A stretch of DNA of 64,000 bases from an uncultured Candidatus Actinomarina sp. (GTDB taxonomy: Bacteria > Actinomycetota > Acidimicrobiia > Actinomarinales > Actinomarinaceae), in NCBI GenBank assembly GCA_902599555.1, contig CACKFQ010000003.1:607-64606 (forward strand). Direction: 5' to 3'. The stretch's first letter is position 1. Every line of letters begins with the position of its first letter. Made by a program: the position numbers and the translations under genes. Shown here one piece after another: positions 31,272 through 44,033 of the stretch. The notes below the pieces were generated by a model. That model had not been told where the DNA came from. It saw nothing but the letters and a program-made list of their open reading frames with translations, and searched no databases.

Positions 31272-31279
31272 AGTTTTTA

Positions 31280-32464
31280 TTACTCGATAACTTTTGTCAC
31301 CTGACCAGCTCCAACAGTCCTACCACCTTCTCTAATTGCGAACTTCACTCCCTCTTCCATTGCAATTGGAGAAATGAGTTCTACAGAGATAGAAACGTTG
31401 TCACCAGGCATAACCATTTCAGTACCTTCACTAAGAGTTACTTCACCAGTAACGTCAGTAGTTCTGAAATAGAATTGCGGTCTATATCCTTTAAAAAATG
31501 GATTGTGTCTTCCACCTTCTTCTTTAGTAAGAACATAAACTTCTGCCTCAAACTTTGTATGAGGTGTAATTGAGCCAGGTTTTGCAATAACCTGTCCTCT
31601 TTCAACATCATCTTTGTCAACTCCACGTAAGAGAAGACCAACGTTGTCACCTGCTCTACCTTCATCAAGAAGTTTTCTGAACATCTCAACACCAGTACAG
31701 ACTGATTTAGATGTTTCTCTAATTCCAACAATCTCAACTTCTTCGTTTACGTTAACAATACCTTGTTCAATTCTTCCTGTTACAACAGTACCTCTACCAG
31801 TAATAGAGAACACGTCTTCAACAGGCATCAAAAACGGTTTGTCAACAATTCTTGTTGGCTCTTCTATATAAGAATCAACTTGTTCCATTAATTCTTTAAC
31901 AGCATTGACGCCTTCTTCTTTCCCTTCAAGAGCAGCAAGTGCTGATCCTTTAACTACAGGAACATCATCTCCTGGAAAGTCATATTCGTTTAATAATTCT
32001 CTTACTTCCATCTCTACAAGATCTAAAAGTTCATCATCATCAACTTGATCGACTTTATTAAGGAATACTGCAATAGCTGGTACACCTACTTGCCTAGCAA
32101 GTAGAACGTGTTCTCTTGTTTGTGGCATAGGACCATCAGCTGCAGAAACAACTAAAATTGCTCCATCAACCTGTGCCGCACCTGTAATCATGTTTTTTAC
32201 ATAATCTGCGTGACCAGGCATATCTACGTGAGCATAATGTCTATTTTCAGTCTCATACTCAACGTGAGCTATTTGAATTGTGATTCCTCTTTCCCTCTCT
32301 TCAGGGGCTTTGTCAATATCTTCAAAAGCAGTAGCGTCTCCTCCACCAGCTTCCGATAAGACTTTTGTAATAGCGGCCGTCAATGTGGTTTTACCGTGGT
32401 CAATGTGTCCCATTGTACCAACGTTCACATGAGGCTTGCTACGGTCAAATTTTTCCTTTGACAT
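31280..32464 (-). CDS. tuf: elongation factor Tu
   Basis: 394 aa with [18 protein letters not shown] and NKVD motifs. Confidence 0.99.
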   Translation of the reverse strand: MSKEKFDRSKPHVNVGTMGHIDHGKTTLTAAITKVLSEAGGGDATAFEDIDKAPEERERGITIQIAHVEYETENRHYAHVDMPGHADYVKNMITGAAQVDGAILVVSAADGPMPQTREHVLLARQVGVPAIAVFLNKVDQVDDDELLDLVEMEVRELLNEYDFPGDDVPVVKGSALAALEGKEEGVNAVKELMEQVDSYIEEPTRIVDKPFLMPVEDVFSITGRGTVVTGRIEQGIVNVNEEVEIVGIRETSKSVCTGVEMFRKLLDEGRAGDNVGLLLRGVDKDDVERGQVIAKPGSITPHTKFEAEVYVLTKEEGGRHNPFFKGYRPQFYFRTTDVTGEVTLSEGTEMVMPGDNVSISVELISPIAMEEGVKFAIREGGRTVGAGQVTKVIE

Positions 32465-32504
32465 ATTTTCTCCTTTTTTGTTAAAATTTAAACCTTTTTA
32501 AGGC

Positions 32505-34592
32505 TTAAACTTCTACCTCTACTCCACGAATACTCGCAGTTATTTCTTTAGTTATGCTGTCTGGTACGTCTTCATAACTATCAAACTGCATCGTAAATGT
32601 TGCACGGCCTTGAGTTCGAGAACGCAAATCAGTTGCGTACCCAAACATTTCTGATAACGGTACTTTAGCATTGACAACCTTTGCAGATCCTCTTTGCTCC
32701 ATTTCAGCTATCTTTCCTCTTCTTGAGGAAAGATCTCCGACAACATCTCCCATGAAATCTTCTGGTGTTACCACCTCTACAGTCATAACTGGTTCAAGCA
32801 ATTTAACACCAGCTTTTTTTGCACCGTCTTTAAGTGCCATTGATCCAGCAATTTTAAAAGCCATTTCAGAAGAGTCAACATCGTGATAAGTTCCATCCTT
32901 AAGGGTCGCTCTTATATTTACTAATGGATATCCAGCTAAAACTCCAGTTTCCATAGCAGCTTCAACTCCTGCATTAACAGATGGTATGTATTCTTTAGGT
33001 ATTCTTCCACTTTTGATTAAATCTACAAATTCATATCCATCATCTATAGGTTCTAATTCCATAATTACATGACCATATTGACCACGACCACCACTTTGTC
33101 TAATATATTTTGCTTCAACATCTGTTTTCTTCTTTAAAGCCTCTCGATAAGCAACTTGGGGTTTTCCAATATTTGCTTCGACTTTAAATTCCCTTTTTAA
33201 TCTATCCACTAATATATCTAGATGTAATTCTCCCATTCCAGATATTATTGTTTGACCAGTTTCTTCGTCAGATTGAACACGGAATGTTGGATCTTCTTCA
33301 GCTAGTTTTTGTAATCCTTCTGATAATTTTTCTTCATCAGCTTTTGATTTTGGCTCAATAGCGACAGATATAACAGGTTCAGGAAAAGTCATTGACTCTA
33401 ACTGAATTAATTGGGAGGAATCTGATAAAGTATCTCCAGTTTTTGCATTTTTTAAACCAACGCCTGCAACAATATCTCCAGCACAAATAAAATCTATATC
33501 CTCCCTTGAATTAGAATGCATTCTTAGAATTCTTCCTAATCTCTCTTCTTTTCCAGTTGTGGTGTTGGTTACTTTGTCACCTTTATTCAGAGTTCCTGAA
33601 TAAACTCTAAAATATGTAAGCTTTCCTACATGCGGGTCACTAACTACTTTGAAAGCTAATGCAGAAAAAGGATCATCATCACTATGAGATCTTGAAAGCT
33701 CATTTTCTTCATCTCCAGGTTTAAAACCCGTTACATCTTCAATGTCTAAGGGAGATGGTAAGTAATCAACAACTGCATCAAGTAAGAGCTGGACTCCTTT
33801 ATTTTTAAATGCGCTTCCGGCAAGAACAGGAACAAACATACCTTCTAAAGTACCTTTTCTAATTGCTTTTTTAATGTCTTCAACGGTGAGCTCTTCATCA
33901 GCAAAATATTTTTCTAACACATCATCATCTGCTTCAGCCACAACATCTAAAAGTTCTTGCCTTTTGGAATTGGCTTCGTCGAGCATGTCTTCGGGAATAT
34001 CGCTAATGTCCCATTCCGAACCGTCATCTTTAGACCATGTGTGAGATTTCATTTCTACTAAATCAATAACACCAACAAAATCTGCTTCAGAACCAATTGG
34101 AATATGGAGAACTGCTGGCTTCGCTTCTAACCTATCTATGATTGACTGAACATCAAAATCGAAATCTGCACCAGTTCGGTCTAATTTATTTACAAAACAA
34201 ATCCTTGGAACATTATATTTATCTGCCTGTCTCCAAACAGTTTCTGACTGCGGCTCAACTCCTGCTACACCATCAAATACTGCAACTGCTCCATCAAGGA
34301 CTCTTAATGATCTCTCTACTTCGACGGTAAAGTCAACGTGACCTGGGGTATCAATTATATTAATAGTGTGCTTGTTCCAACTACATGTAGTTGCAGCTGA
34401 AGTAATAGTTATACCTCGTTCTTGCTCTTGCTCCATCCAATCCATAACAGCGGCTCCATCATGGACTTCACCAATCTTGTAAGTTTTACCTGTGTAATAC
34501 AAGATTCTTTCAGTGAGAGTTGTTTTACCAGCATCAATATGAGCCATAATTCCAATGTTTCTTAAATTGTTTAAATCTACTTCTCTAGTCAT
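32505..34592 (-). CDS. fusA: elongation factor G
   Basis: 695 aa with [17 protein letters not shown] and NKLD motifs. Confidence 0.99.
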   Translation of the reverse strand: MTREVDLNNLRNIGIMAHIDAGKTTLTERILYYTGKTYKIGEVHDGAAVMDWMEQEQERGITITSAATTCSWNKHTINIIDTPGHVDFTVEVERSLRVLDGAVAVFDGVAGVEPQSETVWRQADKYNVPRICFVNKLDRTGADFDFDVQSIIDRLEAKPAVLHIPIGSEADFVGVIDLVEMKSHTWSKDDGSEWDISDIPEDMLDEANSKRQELLDVVAEADDDVLEKYFADEELTVEDIKKAIRKGTLEGMFVPVLAGSAFKNKGVQLLLDAVVDYLPSPLDIEDVTGFKPGDEENELSRSHSDDDPFSALAFKVVSDPHVGKLTYFRVYSGTLNKGDKVTNTTTGKEERLGRILRMHSNSREDIDFICAGDIVAGVGLKNAKTGDTLSDSSQLIQLESMTFPEPVISVAIEPKSKADEEKLSEGLQKLAEEDPTFRVQSDEETGQTIISGMGELHLDILVDRLKREFKVEANIGKPQVAYREALKKKTDVEAKYIRQSGGRGQYGHVIMELEPIDDGYEFVDLIKSGRIPKEYIPSVNAGVEAAMETGVLAGYPLVNIRATLKDGTYHDVDSSEMAFKIAGSMALKDGAKKAGVKLLEPVMTVEVVTPEDFMGDVVGDLSSRRGKIAEMEQRGSAKVVNAKVPLSEMFGYATDLRSRTQGRATFTMQFDSYEDVPDSITKEITASIRGVEVEV

Positions 34593-34595
34593 TGA

Positions 34596-35063
34596 TTACC
34601 ACCTGTAGTGAGCAAAGGCTCTATTTGACTCTGCCATTTTATGAACATCTTCTCTTTTTTTAACTGAAGCACCGGTTTTATTGCTAGCATCTAAAATTTC
34701 TCTTCCAAGTCTTTCAGACATGGTGTTTTCACCTCTTTTTCTAGAGGAATCTACCATCCAACGTATTGCTAAAGTAGTACTTCTTCTTTGAGGAACTTCC
34801 ATAGGAACCTGATAATTTGTTCCACCTACTCTTCTGGATTTTGTTTCTATTTGAGGTCTGACATTTTCAAAAGCATCTTTTAGTGTATTTAATGGATCTG
34901 ATCCGGTTTGCTTTTCAACAAGCTCTAATGCAGAATAAACTATATTGCTAGCTAAGTCTTTTTTACCATCTAGTAAAACTTGATTTATAAGTTGAGAGAC
35001 CAACAAACTGTTGTAGATTGGGTCAGGTTCTGGTTTTCTTTTAAGTGATGGTCCTCTTCTCAT
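34596..35063 (-). CDS. rpsG: 30S ribosomal protein S7
   Basis: 155 aa, ends ...NRAFAHYRW. Confidence 0.98.
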   Translation of the reverse strand: MRRGPSLKRKPEPDPIYNSLLVSQLINQVLLDGKKDLASNIVYSALELVEKQTGSDPLNTLKDAFENVRPQIETKSRRVGGTNYQVPMEVPQRRSTTLAIRWMVDSSRKRGENTMSERLGREILDASNKTGASVKKREDVHKMAESNRAFAHYRW

Positions 35064-35067
35064 TTAC

Positions 35068-35436
35068 TTAACCCTTTTTACTTCCATACCTTGATCTAGC
35101 TTGTTTTCTTTCTGTCACACCAGCTGTGTCTAAAGCACCTCTAATCACTTTATACCTCACGCCAGGCAAGTCCTTAACTCTTCCACCTCTAACTAAAACT
35201 ATTGAGTGTTCTTGAAGATTGTGTCCTTCACCAGGTATGTAGGCAGTCACTTCTGTACCTGTAGAAAGCCTAACTCTACAGACTTTACGCAAAGCAGAGT
35301 TTGGTTTTTTTGGAGTAACAGTATATACGCGGGTACATACCCCTCTACGCTGAGGCGATCCTTTTAGTCCTGGTGTCTTTTCTTTTGACACTTTAGACTT
35401 TCTACCTTTTCTTACCAACTGTTGCGTTGTAGGCAT
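35068..35436 (-). CDS. rpsL: 30S ribosomal protein S12
   Basis: 122 aa, MPT.QQL.RKGR... and [10 protein letters not shown]. Confidence 0.98.
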   Translation of the reverse strand: MPTTQQLVRKGRKSKVSKEKTPGLKGSPQRRGVCTRVYTVTPKKPNSALRKVCRVRLSTGTEVTAYIPGEGHNLQEHSIVLVRGGRVKDLPGVRYKVIRGALDTAGVTERKQARSRYGSKKG

Positions 35437-35529
35437 AGTTATTCCAATCTAAAATTTACTTATTTGGCTTACCGAAAAAGAAGTATATGACGAATTTAAA
35501 CTTACAACAACCTTATTTTTATAAGTTTT

Positions 35530-38500
35530 TTACTCATCCCTCACTTCGTTTTCATCACCTAACATAGCTAGCCATTGTGCAGGATTTGGCAAAGCTTCGT
35601 CCTCTGAATCCTCAGAAGTTGAAGCCATAAATCCTAATTCAGAAACTTCAGGAGCATCTGGAAGAGAAGGTTTCATACTTTGATAAGCGTTAGAACCAGT
35701 TCCAGCAGGAATTAGTGTTCCAATAATAACATTCTCTTTTAAGCCTGAAAGAGAGTCATTACTTCTCTTCATTGCTGCTTCAGTGAGCACTCTTGTAGTT
35801 TCTTGGAAAGATGCAGCTGATAACCATGAGTCTGTTGCAAGGCTAGCTTTTGTGATACCCATAAGCTCTGGTCTTCCTTCAGCAGGAACTTTCCCATCTT
35901 TGACTAATTCTTGATTAGTCTTTCTAAATAAAGTTGAATCAACAAGTTCATTTGGTAAAAAGTCTGAATTGTTTGATTTAACAATCCTTACCCTTCTTAA
36001 CATTTGGCGAACTATCATTTCAACATGCTTGTCATGAACCTCAACTCCTTGATCTCTATAAGTCTTTTGGACTTCATCAACCAAGTATTCTTGACAAGTT
36101 CTTACACCATTAATTTGTAAAACTTCTTTTGGATCTTTAGGACCTGTTGTTAAAGATTGTCCAGCATCAACCATATCTCCTTGATTGATAAGCATGGTCT
36201 GTCTTCTTAAGACTAGTAATTCTACATCTTCTTTTTCATTTCCAATGATTACATTTCTGTTGCCTTCTGGTGTTACTTCTACAGATTTAACTTTTCCTTG
36301 TATCGGAGAAAGCACTGATTTACCTTTTGGAGTTCTTGCTTCAAATAATTCTACGATTCTTGGTAATCCAGATGTAATATCCAAACCTACAACACCACCT
36401 GTGTGGAAGGTTCTCATTGTTAATTGTGTTCCAGGCTCGCCAATTGACTGTGCTGAAATTATTCCTACCGCTTCACCAACTTCAACTGGTTTTCCTGTTG
36501 CCAAACTAAATCCATAACATAAAGGATCCATAGATTCTGGATTAAGAGAGTTAAATGGAGTCAACACATTAACATCTTCTACACCAGACTTTGCTATTCC
36601 ATCAAGGACCTCAGCGTCTATATAAGTACCTTTAGTAAGCTTTGTGCCATTTTCCATCTCAACTACTTTTTTGTCTACCTTTATGTCTTCAGCTAAAACA
36701 CGACCATACAATGTTGAGTGCAGGTATCGACTTAACTTTCCATCAATAACAACTTTTTTGTTTGTACCGCGCCAATCAATATTCTCATCGCCTAAATCTT
36801 TAACTACAATTCCTGCAGCAACATCTACTAACCTTCTTGTTAAATAACCGGAGTCTGCAGTTCTAAGAGCTGTATCGGCGAGACCTTTTCTAGCACCGTG
36901 AGTAGATATGAAATACTCAAGTACTGACATACCCTCTCTGAAGTTACTTTTTATTGGTCGTTCAATTATGTCACCTTTAGGATTCGCAACTAAGCCTCTC
37001 ATTCCTGCCAATTGCCTTACTTGCATCATGTTTCCTCGAGCACCAGATTTAACCATCATGTCTACTGGATTGAACTGTTCTGCTTCAAGCTCAGCACTCA
37101 TAGCATATTGAACTTGGTCTGTAGCTTCATTCCATATCTCAATAATTTTTTGCTTACGCTCAGCTTCAGTAATAATGTCATCTAAATATAATTTTTCAAC
37201 CTTCTCAGCTTCTGCTTCATATTTTTCTAGTATTTGATTTTTGGTTGGAGGTGTTTTCACATCGTTCATGGCAACAGTCAAGCCCGCTTTAGCACCAAAT
37301 GTAAAGCCAACAGATTTCATTGAGTCTAAAAATATTCTGAGTTCAGCTTTATTGTAGCGCTCAATAACTTCAGAAATAATTTTTTTCATTTCTGGTTTTC
37401 TGACAGAAGCCTGAATATAAGGAAAATCAGCGGGCATAATTGAATTAAAATGTAATCTTCCTAGCGTTGTTTTCATCAACTGTTTGCCGTCAATTGGTTG
37501 ATCAGTTAACAGTTCGGAGAATCTTCCTTTTAATTCAGAGTGCATTTCTGAATTACCAGCCAAATCTCCAACCCTTACATTAATTGGTGTTTGCAACTCA
37601 ATATGGCCATTTTCATAAGCAACTTGAGCTTCATTGAAATCAACAAAATTAAATTCTGCAGTTTCTAAATCTTCATGACATTCAGTAATGTAATAAAGTC
37701 CGATAACCATGTCTTGGCTTGGTGAAACAATAGGGTTTCCAGAAGCTGGGGACAAAACATTATTTGTAGATAGCATAAGAACTCTTGCTTCAGCCTGTGC
37801 TTCTGCCGAAAGTGGAACATGGACTGCCATTTGGTCTCCATCAAAATCAGCATTAAAAGCTTCACAAACCAAAGGATGGACCTGAATAGCTTTTCCTTCT
37901 ACAAGGATCGGTTCAAATGCCTGAATGCCAAGCCTGTGTAAAGTAGGTGCTCTGTTTAAAAGAACCGGGTGTTCTTCAATTACTTCAGCTAGTACATCCC
38001 AGACTTGAGCCCTTGATCTTTCAACCATTCTTTTCGCAGATTTAATATTTTGAGCAAGCCCAAGCTCAACAAGCCTCTTCATGACGAACGGTTTGAATAA
38101 CTCTAGCGCCATCATTTTAGGAAGACCACATTGTTGAAGTTCTAAATGAGGACCAACTACAATTACAGATCTTGCTGAGTAGTCAACTCTTTTACCAAGT
38201 AGGTTCTGACGAAATCTTCCCTGTTTTCCTTTAAGCATATCTGAAAGTGACTTAAGTCCACGTCCACCTGCACCCGCAACAGCACGCCCTCTTCTACCGT
38301 TATCAAACAGGGCATCTACAGACTCTTGCAACATTCGTTTTTCATTGCTAATAATTATGTCTGGAGCTCCAAGCTCAATAAGTTTTTTCAGCCTGTTATT
38401 TCTGTTAATTAATCTTCTGTATAAGTCATTAAGGTCTGAAGTAGCAAATCTACCACCATCTAACTGAACCATAGGGCGAAGTTCAGGAGGTATAACAGGA

Positions 38501-39444
38501 ACTACTTCAAGTATCATTGCTTCTGGTGGATTTTTTCCATCTGCAAAAGGCTTAATAACTTTCATACGCTGAATAGCTCTTTGGCGTCTTTGAGCTGACT
38601 TAGAATCTAAGTCTGTTTCTAATTTTTCCATTTCAGCTTTTAAGTCAACAAGTTGTACTAATTCTCTTACTGCTTCTGCTCCCATACCACCAGTAAAATA
38701 CTCATCATATTTGTCAATCATTTCACGCCACAATGTATCATTTTCTATAAGCGTTTTTGGCTTAAGTGTCTTTAAAGTAGAGAATGCTTCTTCGATAACT
38801 TTTATTTCAGCATCAGACTTAGCTTTCTTTTGTTTTATTTCTTTTTCAACTTCTTTTTTCCTAATTTGGATCTCTGGCTCAGGAATTTTTGCATTCTCCA
38901 TTGCTTTAATTTCAGTATCCATCTGTTTAATTCTTTTTTGTTCCCATTCTTCAAAATCTTCATTAACAATTTCTACCTCTGCAATAACTGCTTCTTCAAG
39001 CTCAGCTAAATCTTTTGTTCTCTTTTTAGAATCGATAGACACTACTAAATAGGCGGCAAAATAAATCACTTTTTCGAGTTCTTTTGGTGACATGTCTAAG
39101 AAATAACCTAATCTACTTGGAACTCCCTTAAAATACCAAATGTGAGTAACCGGTGCTGCGAGTTCAATATGTCCCATTCTCTCTCTTCTAACTTCACGTC
39201 TGGTTACTTCAACACCACATCTTTCGCAAACAATTCCTCTATATCTAATTCTTTTGTATCTTCCACAAGAGCATTCCCAATCTTTTGTAGGTCCAAAAAT
39301 TCTTTCATCAAAAAGACCGTCTTTCTCAGGCTTTAAGGTTCTGTAATTAATTGTTTCTGGTTTTTTAACTTCACCAAAAGACCAGCTTCTCATTTGATCT
39401 GAGGTAGCAAGACTAATACTTAACTCATCAAAAACTTTATCCAT
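35530..39444 (-). CDS. rpoC: DNA-directed RNA polymerase subunit beta-prime
   Basis: 1304 aa with Zn motif CSCGRY..(x)..CERCG and catalytic [10 protein letters not shown] ~100-residue coiled-coil-like insertion lies after YFAAYLVV. Confidence 0.99.
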   Translation of the reverse strand: MDKVFDELSISLATSDQMRSWSFGEVKKPETINYRTLKPEKDGLFDERIFGPTKDWECSCGRYKRIRYRGIVCERCGVEVTRREVRRERMGHIELAAPVTHIWYFKGVPSRLGYFLDMSPKELEKVIYFAAYLVVSIDSKKRTKDLAELEEAVIAEVEIVNEDFEEWEQKRIKQMDTEIKAMENAKIPEPEIQIRKKEVEKEIKQKKAKSDAEIKVIEEAFSTLKTLKPKTLIENDTLWREMIDKYDEYFTGGMGAEAVRELVQLVDLKAEMEKLETDLDSKSAQRRQRAIQRMKVIKPFADGKNPPEAMILEVVPVIPPELRPMVQLDGGRFATSDLNDLYRRLINRNNRLKKLIELGAPDIIISNEKRMLQESVDALFDNGRRGRAVAGAGGRGLKSLSDMLKGKQGRFRQNLLGKRVDYSARSVIVVGPHLELQQCGLPKMMALELFKPFVMKRLVELGLAQNIKSAKRMVERSRAQVWDVLAEVIEEHPVLLNRAPTLHRLGIQAFEPILVEGKAIQVHPLVCEAFNADFDGDQMAVHVPLSAEAQAEARVLMLSTNNVLSPASGNPIVSPSQDMVIGLYYITECHEDLETAEFNFVDFNEAQVAYENGHIELQTPINVRVGDLAGNSEMHSELKGRFSELLTDQPIDGKQLMKTTLGRLHFNSIMPADFPYIQASVRKPEMKKIISEVIERYNKAELRIFLDSMKSVGFTFGAKAGLTVAMNDVKTPPTKNQILEKYEAEAEKVEKLYLDDIITEAERKQKIIEIWNEATDQVQYAMSAELEAEQFNPVDMMVKSGARGNMMQVRQLAGMRGLVANPKGDIIERPIKSNFREGMSVLEYFISTHGARKGLADTALRTADSGYLTRRLVDVAAGIVVKDLGDENIDWRGTNKKVVIDGKLSRYLHSTLYGRVLAEDIKVDKKVVEMENGTKLTKGTYIDAEVLDGIAKSGVEDVNVLTPFNSLNPESMDPLCYGFSLATGKPVEVGEAVGIISAQSIGEPGTQLTMRTFHTGGVVGLDITSGLPRIVELFEARTPKGKSVLSPIQGKVKSVEVTPEGNRNVIIGNEKEDVELLVLRRQTMLINQGDMVDAGQSLTTGPKDPKEVLQINGVRTCQEYLVDEVQKTYRDQGVEVHDKHVEMIVRQMLRRVRIVKSNNSDFLPNELVDSTLFRKTNQELVKDGKVPAEGRPELMGITKASLATDSWLSAASFQETTRVLTEAAMKRSNDSLSGLKENVIIGTLIPAGTGSNAYQSMKPSLPDAPEVSELGFMASTSEDSEDEALPNPAQWLAMLGDENEVRDE

Positions 39445-39446
39445 AT

Positions 39447-42400
39447 TTAGACCTCAGCCTCGTCTTGTTCTGGGCGCGTCATATCAATTCCTAGTGTTTC
39501 AGCTGTTTTGACATATTCATCACTTATATCTTTCATTGAAATTTCCTCACCTGCTGAAAGAATTTCAACATTCAAGCACAAGCTTTGCATTTCTTTTAAT
39601 AGAACTTTAAAAGACTCTGGTATGCCTGGCTCAGGAATATTATCACCTTTAACTATTGATTCATATACCTTTACCCTACCAACAGTATCATCAGATTTAA
39701 TAGTAAGAAGTTCTTGAAGTGCATAGCTAGCACCATAAGCTTCTAACGCCCAAACTTCCATTTCTCCAAATCTTTGCCCACCAAATTGAGCTTTGCCACC
39801 CAATGGTTGCTGAGTAATCATAGAGTAAGGACCAGTTGATCTTGCATGAATTTTTTCATCAACTAAGTGAATAAGCTTTAATATATATGTGTACCCAACA
39901 GTAATTTTTGAATCAAAAGATTCACCAGTTCGACCATCATATAGCGTTGCTTTACCATTTTCATCAACCATCAAATTTCCATCTCTGTTTGGATTTACAT
40001 TTCTTAAAATTTCATGTATTTCATCTTCATCTGCCCCATCAAACACCGGCGTTGAGATAAGAGTTCCAGGCTTTGCACCACTAGATGCTTTTGTTTGACC
40101 TTTGTATTCATTCCAACCCTGGTCGGCTGCCCAACCAAGATGTGTCTCTAAAATTTGCCCCAGATTCATTCGGCTAGGAACACCTAGAGGTGAGAGCATA
40201 ATATCTAAAGGTGTGCCATCCTCCATATAAGGCATATCTTCAATTGGAAGAATTTTTGATATAACACCTTTGTTTCCATGCCTACCTGATAGCTTGTCGC
40301 CAACTTGAATTTTTCTTTGTATTGCGACATATACCCTTACTTTTTGATTGACGCCAGGAGGTAAGTCAGCTCCATCATCACGCTTTAAAATTTGTACATC
40401 TATGACTTTTCCTCTTTCACCATGAGGAACTCTCAAAGAGGTGTCTCTAACTTCCCTTGCTTTTTCACCAAAAATAGCTCTCAAAAGTCTTTCTTCAGGT
40501 GTTAACTCGGTTTCTCCCTTTGGAGTAACTTTTCCAACAAGATAATCTCCTGGTGATACTTCAGCACCGATTCTAACAATTCCCATTTCATCTAAATCCA
40601 TTAAAACTTCTTCAGCTACATTAGGAATATCTCTTGTTATTTCCTCTTCACCAAGTTTTGTATCTCGTGCTTCTATTTCATGTTCAGCTATGTGTACAGA
40701 AGTTAAGACATCTTCTTTAACAAGTCTTTCAGATATTACAATTGAATCTTCAAAGTTATAGCCATCCCACGGCATATATCCAACAAGTAAATTCTTACCT
40801 AGAGCTAACTCTCCACCTTGTGTGCTAGGACCGTCAGCTAGTACGTCTCCTGGTTTAACTTTTGTACCAACCTTGACAAGTGGTTTTTGATTCCAACTTG
40901 TAGCCTGGTTGGATCTTTTGAATTTTAAAACTTCAAATCTATGTTTTTTATTAGTTCCCTCTTCTTTTACTGAGATTTCATCACCAGATACTTCTTCAAC
41001 AGTTCCAGAAATATTAGATATAAGAGCTTCTCCAGAATCTCTTGCAACATTTTCTTCCATTCCTGTACCTACATAGGGTGCTTCAGTTTTAACTAATGGA
41101 ACTGCCTGTCTCTGCATGTTTGATCCCATTAATGCTCTGTTTGCATCATCATGCTCAAGAAATGGAATGAGAGCTGTAGTGACTGAGCAGATTTGTTTAG
41201 GACTGACATCCATATAATCTATTTCTTTATCTGAAACGAAAGCAACTTCTCCTCCATTTTGTCGAGAGAGAACTCTCTTGTTTTGGAAGGTTCCATCATC
41301 TTTTAAAGGAGCATTGGCCTGAGCAATTGTAAAATTATCCTCTTCAGCAGCAGTTAAGTACACGGCTTTATTAGTTTTTACAACCCCATTTTCAACTTTC
41401 CAATATGGTGTCTCAATAAATCCAAATTTGTTAACTCGACCATATGTAGCAAGGGTACCTATTAGGCCAATATTTGGTCCTTCTGGTGTCTCAATTGGAC
41501 ACATTCTTCCATAATGGGAAGGGTGAACGTCTCTAACTTCAAATCCTGCTCTTTCTCTTGACAAACCTCCAGGGCCTAAAGCTGATAGTCTTCTTCTATG
41601 AGTTAAACCTGCAATCGGATTTGGTTGATCCATGAACTGGCTTAATTGACTTGTACCAAAAAATTCTTTTAATGATGCTTGAATTGGACGAATATTAATT
41701 AATGATTGAGGTGTAATCGCTTCCGGTTCCTGGGTTGTCATTCTTTCTCTAACAACTCTTTCTAATCTACTAAGACCTACTCTTACTTGGTTTTGAACTA
41801 ATTCACCTACTGTTCTAATTCTTCTATTTCCAAAGTGATCAATGTCATCTAGGCGAACAGGAATTTCTTTACCTTTATTGTTAATAAAGCTATCTTCACC
41901 TGCGTGTAAAGCGATGACATATTTAATTGAATCAATCATATCTTCAATTCTTAACATTCCGTCATCTTCAGTTGTATAAGACTCAGCATCTTTTTCGCCG
42001 TATTGTCTTCCTAACTTTTGTTCAACTTTGTATCGGCCAACTTTTGTTAAGTCATATCTTTTAGGAGTGTAAAACATTTGTTTTACCAAGTTTCTAGCAG
42101 ATTCAACTGTTGCAGGTTCCCCTGGTCTTAACTTTCTATATAAATCAATAAGTGCTGCTTCTCTTGTTGTGTCAGGATCTCGTTCAATAGTGTTTCTTAC
42201 GGATGGGTAATCTCCTAATAACTCTATTGCATCTTCTTTATTTTCAATTACATCAAGGGCCATCAAGAAACCAGTGATGTGTTGTCTTCTTTTTCTATCT
42301 ACTCTTACACCGAGAGTGTCTCGTTTGTCTGTGTCGAATTCAAGCCATGCACCTCTTCCAGGAATCATTTTTCCAATGAAGACTTCTTTGTCAGATGTTT

Positions 42401-42839
42401 TATCTATTTCTTGAGAAAAATATACTCCAGGTGATCTGACTAACTGACTAACAATAACTCTTTCTGTTCCATTAATAATGAAAGTTCCAGTATCTGACAT
42501 GATTGGAAAATCACCAAGAAAAACTGTTTGTTGTTTTATTTGACCGGTTTCACGATCTAAAAATTGAGCAGTTACATATAAAGGTTGTGAATAAGTTGAG
42601 TCAGTTATCTTACAGTCTTCAAGAGTTTTTAATGGCTCTTCGAAGTAATGATTTAAGAATTCTAAAGAAAATCTACCAGAGAAATCTTCAATAGGAGAAA
42701 TTTCATCTAAAATCTCTTTTAAACCCTCTTCAATAAACCACTTGAAAGAATCTTTTTGTATAATTAATAAATCTGGAATATCTAGAACTTTAGGAATTTT
42801 TGCAAATGAAAGTCTAGAATTCTGAACAGCGGACAACAA
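39447..42839 (-). CDS. rpoB: DNA-directed RNA polymerase subunit beta
   Basis: 1130 aa, canonical beta subunit throughout. Two adjacent in-frame TTG starts (42839 or 42836) follow GAGGAGG, so the exact start is uncertain by one codon. Confidence 0.98.
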   Translation of the reverse strand: MLSAVQNSRLSFAKIPKVLDIPDLLIIQKDSFKWFIEEGLKEILDEISPIEDFSGRFSLEFLNHYFEEPLKTLEDCKITDSTYSQPLYVTAQFLDRETGQIKQQTVFLGDFPIMSDTGTFIINGTERVIVSQLVRSPGVYFSQEIDKTSDKEVFIGKMIPGRGAWLEFDTDKRDTLGVRVDRKRRQHITGFLMALDVIENKEDAIELLGDYPSVRNTIERDPDTTREAALIDLYRKLRPGEPATVESARNLVKQMFYTPKRYDLTKVGRYKVEQKLGRQYGEKDAESYTTEDDGMLRIEDMIDSIKYVIALHAGEDSFINNKGKEIPVRLDDIDHFGNRRIRTVGELVQNQVRVGLSRLERVVRERMTTQEPEAITPQSLINIRPIQASLKEFFGTSQLSQFMDQPNPIAGLTHRRRLSALGPGGLSRERAGFEVRDVHPSHYGRMCPIETPEGPNIGLIGTLATYGRVNKFGFIETPYWKVENGVVKTNKAVYLTAAEEDNFTIAQANAPLKDDGTFQNKRVLSRQNGGEVAFVSDKEIDYMDVSPKQICSVTTALIPFLEHDDANRALMGSNMQRQAVPLVKTEAPYVGTGMEENVARDSGEALISNISGTVEEVSGDEISVKEEGTNKKHRFEVLKFKRSNQATSWNQKPLVKVGTKVKPGDVLADGPSTQGGELALGKNLLVGYMPWDGYNFEDSIVISERLVKEDVLTSVHIAEHEIEARDTKLGEEEITRDIPNVAEEVLMDLDEMGIVRIGAEVSPGDYLVGKVTPKGETELTPEERLLRAIFGEKAREVRDTSLRVPHGERGKVIDVQILKRDDGADLPPGVNQKVRVYVAIQRKIQVGDKLSGRHGNKGVISKILPIEDMPYMEDGTPLDIMLSPLGVPSRMNLGQILETHLGWAADQGWNEYKGQTKASSGAKPGTLISTPVFDGADEDEIHEILRNVNPNRDGNLMVDENGKATLYDGRTGESFDSKITVGYTYILKLIHLVDEKIHARSTGPYSMITQQPLGGKAQFGGQRFGEMEVWALEAYGASYALQELLTIKSDDTVGRVKVYESIVKGDNIPEPGIPESFKVLLKEMQSLCLNVEILSAGEEISMKDISDEYVKTAETLGIDMTRPEQDEAEV

Positions 42840-42863
42840 GCCTCCTCAAAAATTAAATAACAG

Positions 42864-42878
42864 CTACCCGAAAGGTAG
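42864..42878 (-). terminator. weak hairpin between rplL and rpoB (possible partial attenuator or processing site)
   Basis: On the minus strand CUACC-UUUCG-GGUAG followed by an interrupted U-rich stretch (CUGUUAUUUAAUUUUUG). By position it is analogous to the known rplL-rpoB attenuator of E. coli. Confidence 0.25.
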
Positions 42879-42922
42879 AGTATATTAGTACTTTTTATTT
42901 AAGTAAACAAATAATTAATAAA

Positions 42923-43306
42923 TTATTTGAGTTCTACAGTTGCGCCAGCGCCTTCTAAAGCTTCTTTTGCTTTATCAGCATCTTCTTTAGAAACACCAAT
43001 CAAAATGTCTGATGGAGCACCGTCTACAAGCTCTTTTGCTTCTTTTAGTCCAAGACTAGTAAGGCCTCTTACTTCCTTAATTACTTGTATTTTTTGTGAT
43101 CCTGCATCAGAAAGAACTACATCATATGAATCTTTTTCTGCTGCTACTGCATCATCTCCTCCACCAGCTGGTGCAGCAGCTACAGCTACAGGGGCTGCGG
43201 CAGTAACATCAAATTTTTCTTCAAATGCATCTAAAAACTCTTTTAGTTCTAAGACAGTCATTTCCTCAAAGACACCAAGCAACTCATCAGTTGTCATTTT
43301 TGCCAT
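42923..43306 (-). CDS. rplL: 50S ribosomal protein L7/L12
   Basis: 127 aa with an Ala-rich hinge and C-terminal ...[16 protein letters not shown]. Confidence 0.98.
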   Translation of the reverse strand: MAKMTTDELLGVFEEMTVLELKEFLDAFEEKFDVTAAAPVAVAAAPAGGGDDAVAAEKDSYDVVLSDAGSQKIQVIKEVRGLTSLGLKEAKELVDGAPSDILIGVSKEDADKAKEALEGAGATVELK

Positions 43307-43309
43307 TTG

Positions 43310-43903
43310 CTATTCCTCCTCTTTTTTAACCTCTTCAGAAGCTACTTCTTCTTTAACTGAATCAGCAGCTTCAGAAACTTCTTCTCCGCTTGCTTTTTTA
43401 TCCACTAAAGCACTCAATGCATAGCCAGCCTTATTTATTACAGCTTTTGCACCAGCAGCAACCTTTACCAATGGTGCATTGAAGCCACCAGCAATTTTTG
43501 CTAGAAGTACATCTCTTGGTTCAATTTCAGCTAGAACATTAAGTTGGTCTATAGTTAATGGTTCAGAATCCATCAAACCACCTTTAACTACAAAGGCTTC
43601 ATTTTCTTTTGAAAATTCTTTTAAGACTTTTGCAGCTTCGACTGGGTCAGATTCAATTACTGCCACTCCAGTAGGACCAGAAAAATAATCATTTAAAGAA
43701 TCTAATCCAATATTTTCTGCAGCTCTTTTAGCTAAAGACATTTTGACTACATTGAATGAAGCACCAGCATTTTTTAATTCACGTCTTAGCTTTGTTTGCT
43801 GGGTAACAGTAAGTCCTCTATACTCTGCAAGCACTAAAGCATTTGCAGATTTGAATAAATCTTCTAAGTCTTTTACAACTTTTACTTTATCTTCTCGTAC
43901 CAT
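43310..43903 (-). CDS. rplJ: 50S ribosomal protein L10 (with about 28-aa acidic C-terminal tail)
   Basis: 197 aa, upstream of rplL. The tail is ...KKASGEEVSEAADSVKEEVASEEVKKEEE. Confidence 0.96.
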   Translation of the reverse strand: MVREDKVKVVKDLEDLFKSANALVLAEYRGLTVTQQTKLRRELKNAGASFNVVKMSLAKRAAENIGLDSLNDYFSGPTGVAVIESDPVEAAKVLKEFSKENEAFVVKGGLMDSEPLTIDQLNVLAEIEPRDVLLAKIAGGFNAPLVKVAAGAKAVINKAGYALSALVDKKASGEEVSEAADSVKEEVASEEVKKEEE

Positions 43904-43980
43904 AAAAAAAGTCCTTCAATACCAAGGACCTGTAAACTTTACCTGCGTTAGATTTAAAATTGTTTACTAACGGTCTTTGG
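43904..43980 (-). promoter_or_regulatory. candidate L10 (rplJ) leader attenuator: terminator / antiterminator alternative pairing
   Basis: On the minus strand the terminator-like hairpin GUCCUU(43929-43924)/AAGGAC(43916-43911) plus U7 ends at the rplJ ATG, and its 3' arm contains the only SD-like AAGGA. The upstream CCAAAGACC (43980-43972) pairs 8/9 with GGUCCUUGG (43930-43922), which excludes the terminator. Confidence 0.45.
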
Positions 43981-44033
43981 TTTTAATTGTCAGATTTAAA
44001 TATAATCCATATCAAAAAATAAATGCAAATTAT

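Noticed and set aside
32465-32504. Possible hairpin/terminator between fusA and tuf (AAGCCUUAAAAAGGUUU)
   Set aside because: It has only ~7 weak pairs including a G-U, a 3-nt loop and no U-tract. It is more likely just spacer with the tuf SD (AAGGAG).
43310-43396. Acidic ~28-aa C-terminal tail on L10
   Set aside because: It is a low-complexity Glu/Lys/Ser tail of the kind common in AT-rich genomes. No specific function can be inferred from the sequence alone.
42927-43424. 165-aa plus-strand ORF antisense to rplL/rplJ
   Set aside because: It is the Ser/Ala/Thr-rich mirror translation of the Ala/Glu-rich L7/L12 and L10 coding sequence. It has no RBS and fully overlaps two highly conserved genes.
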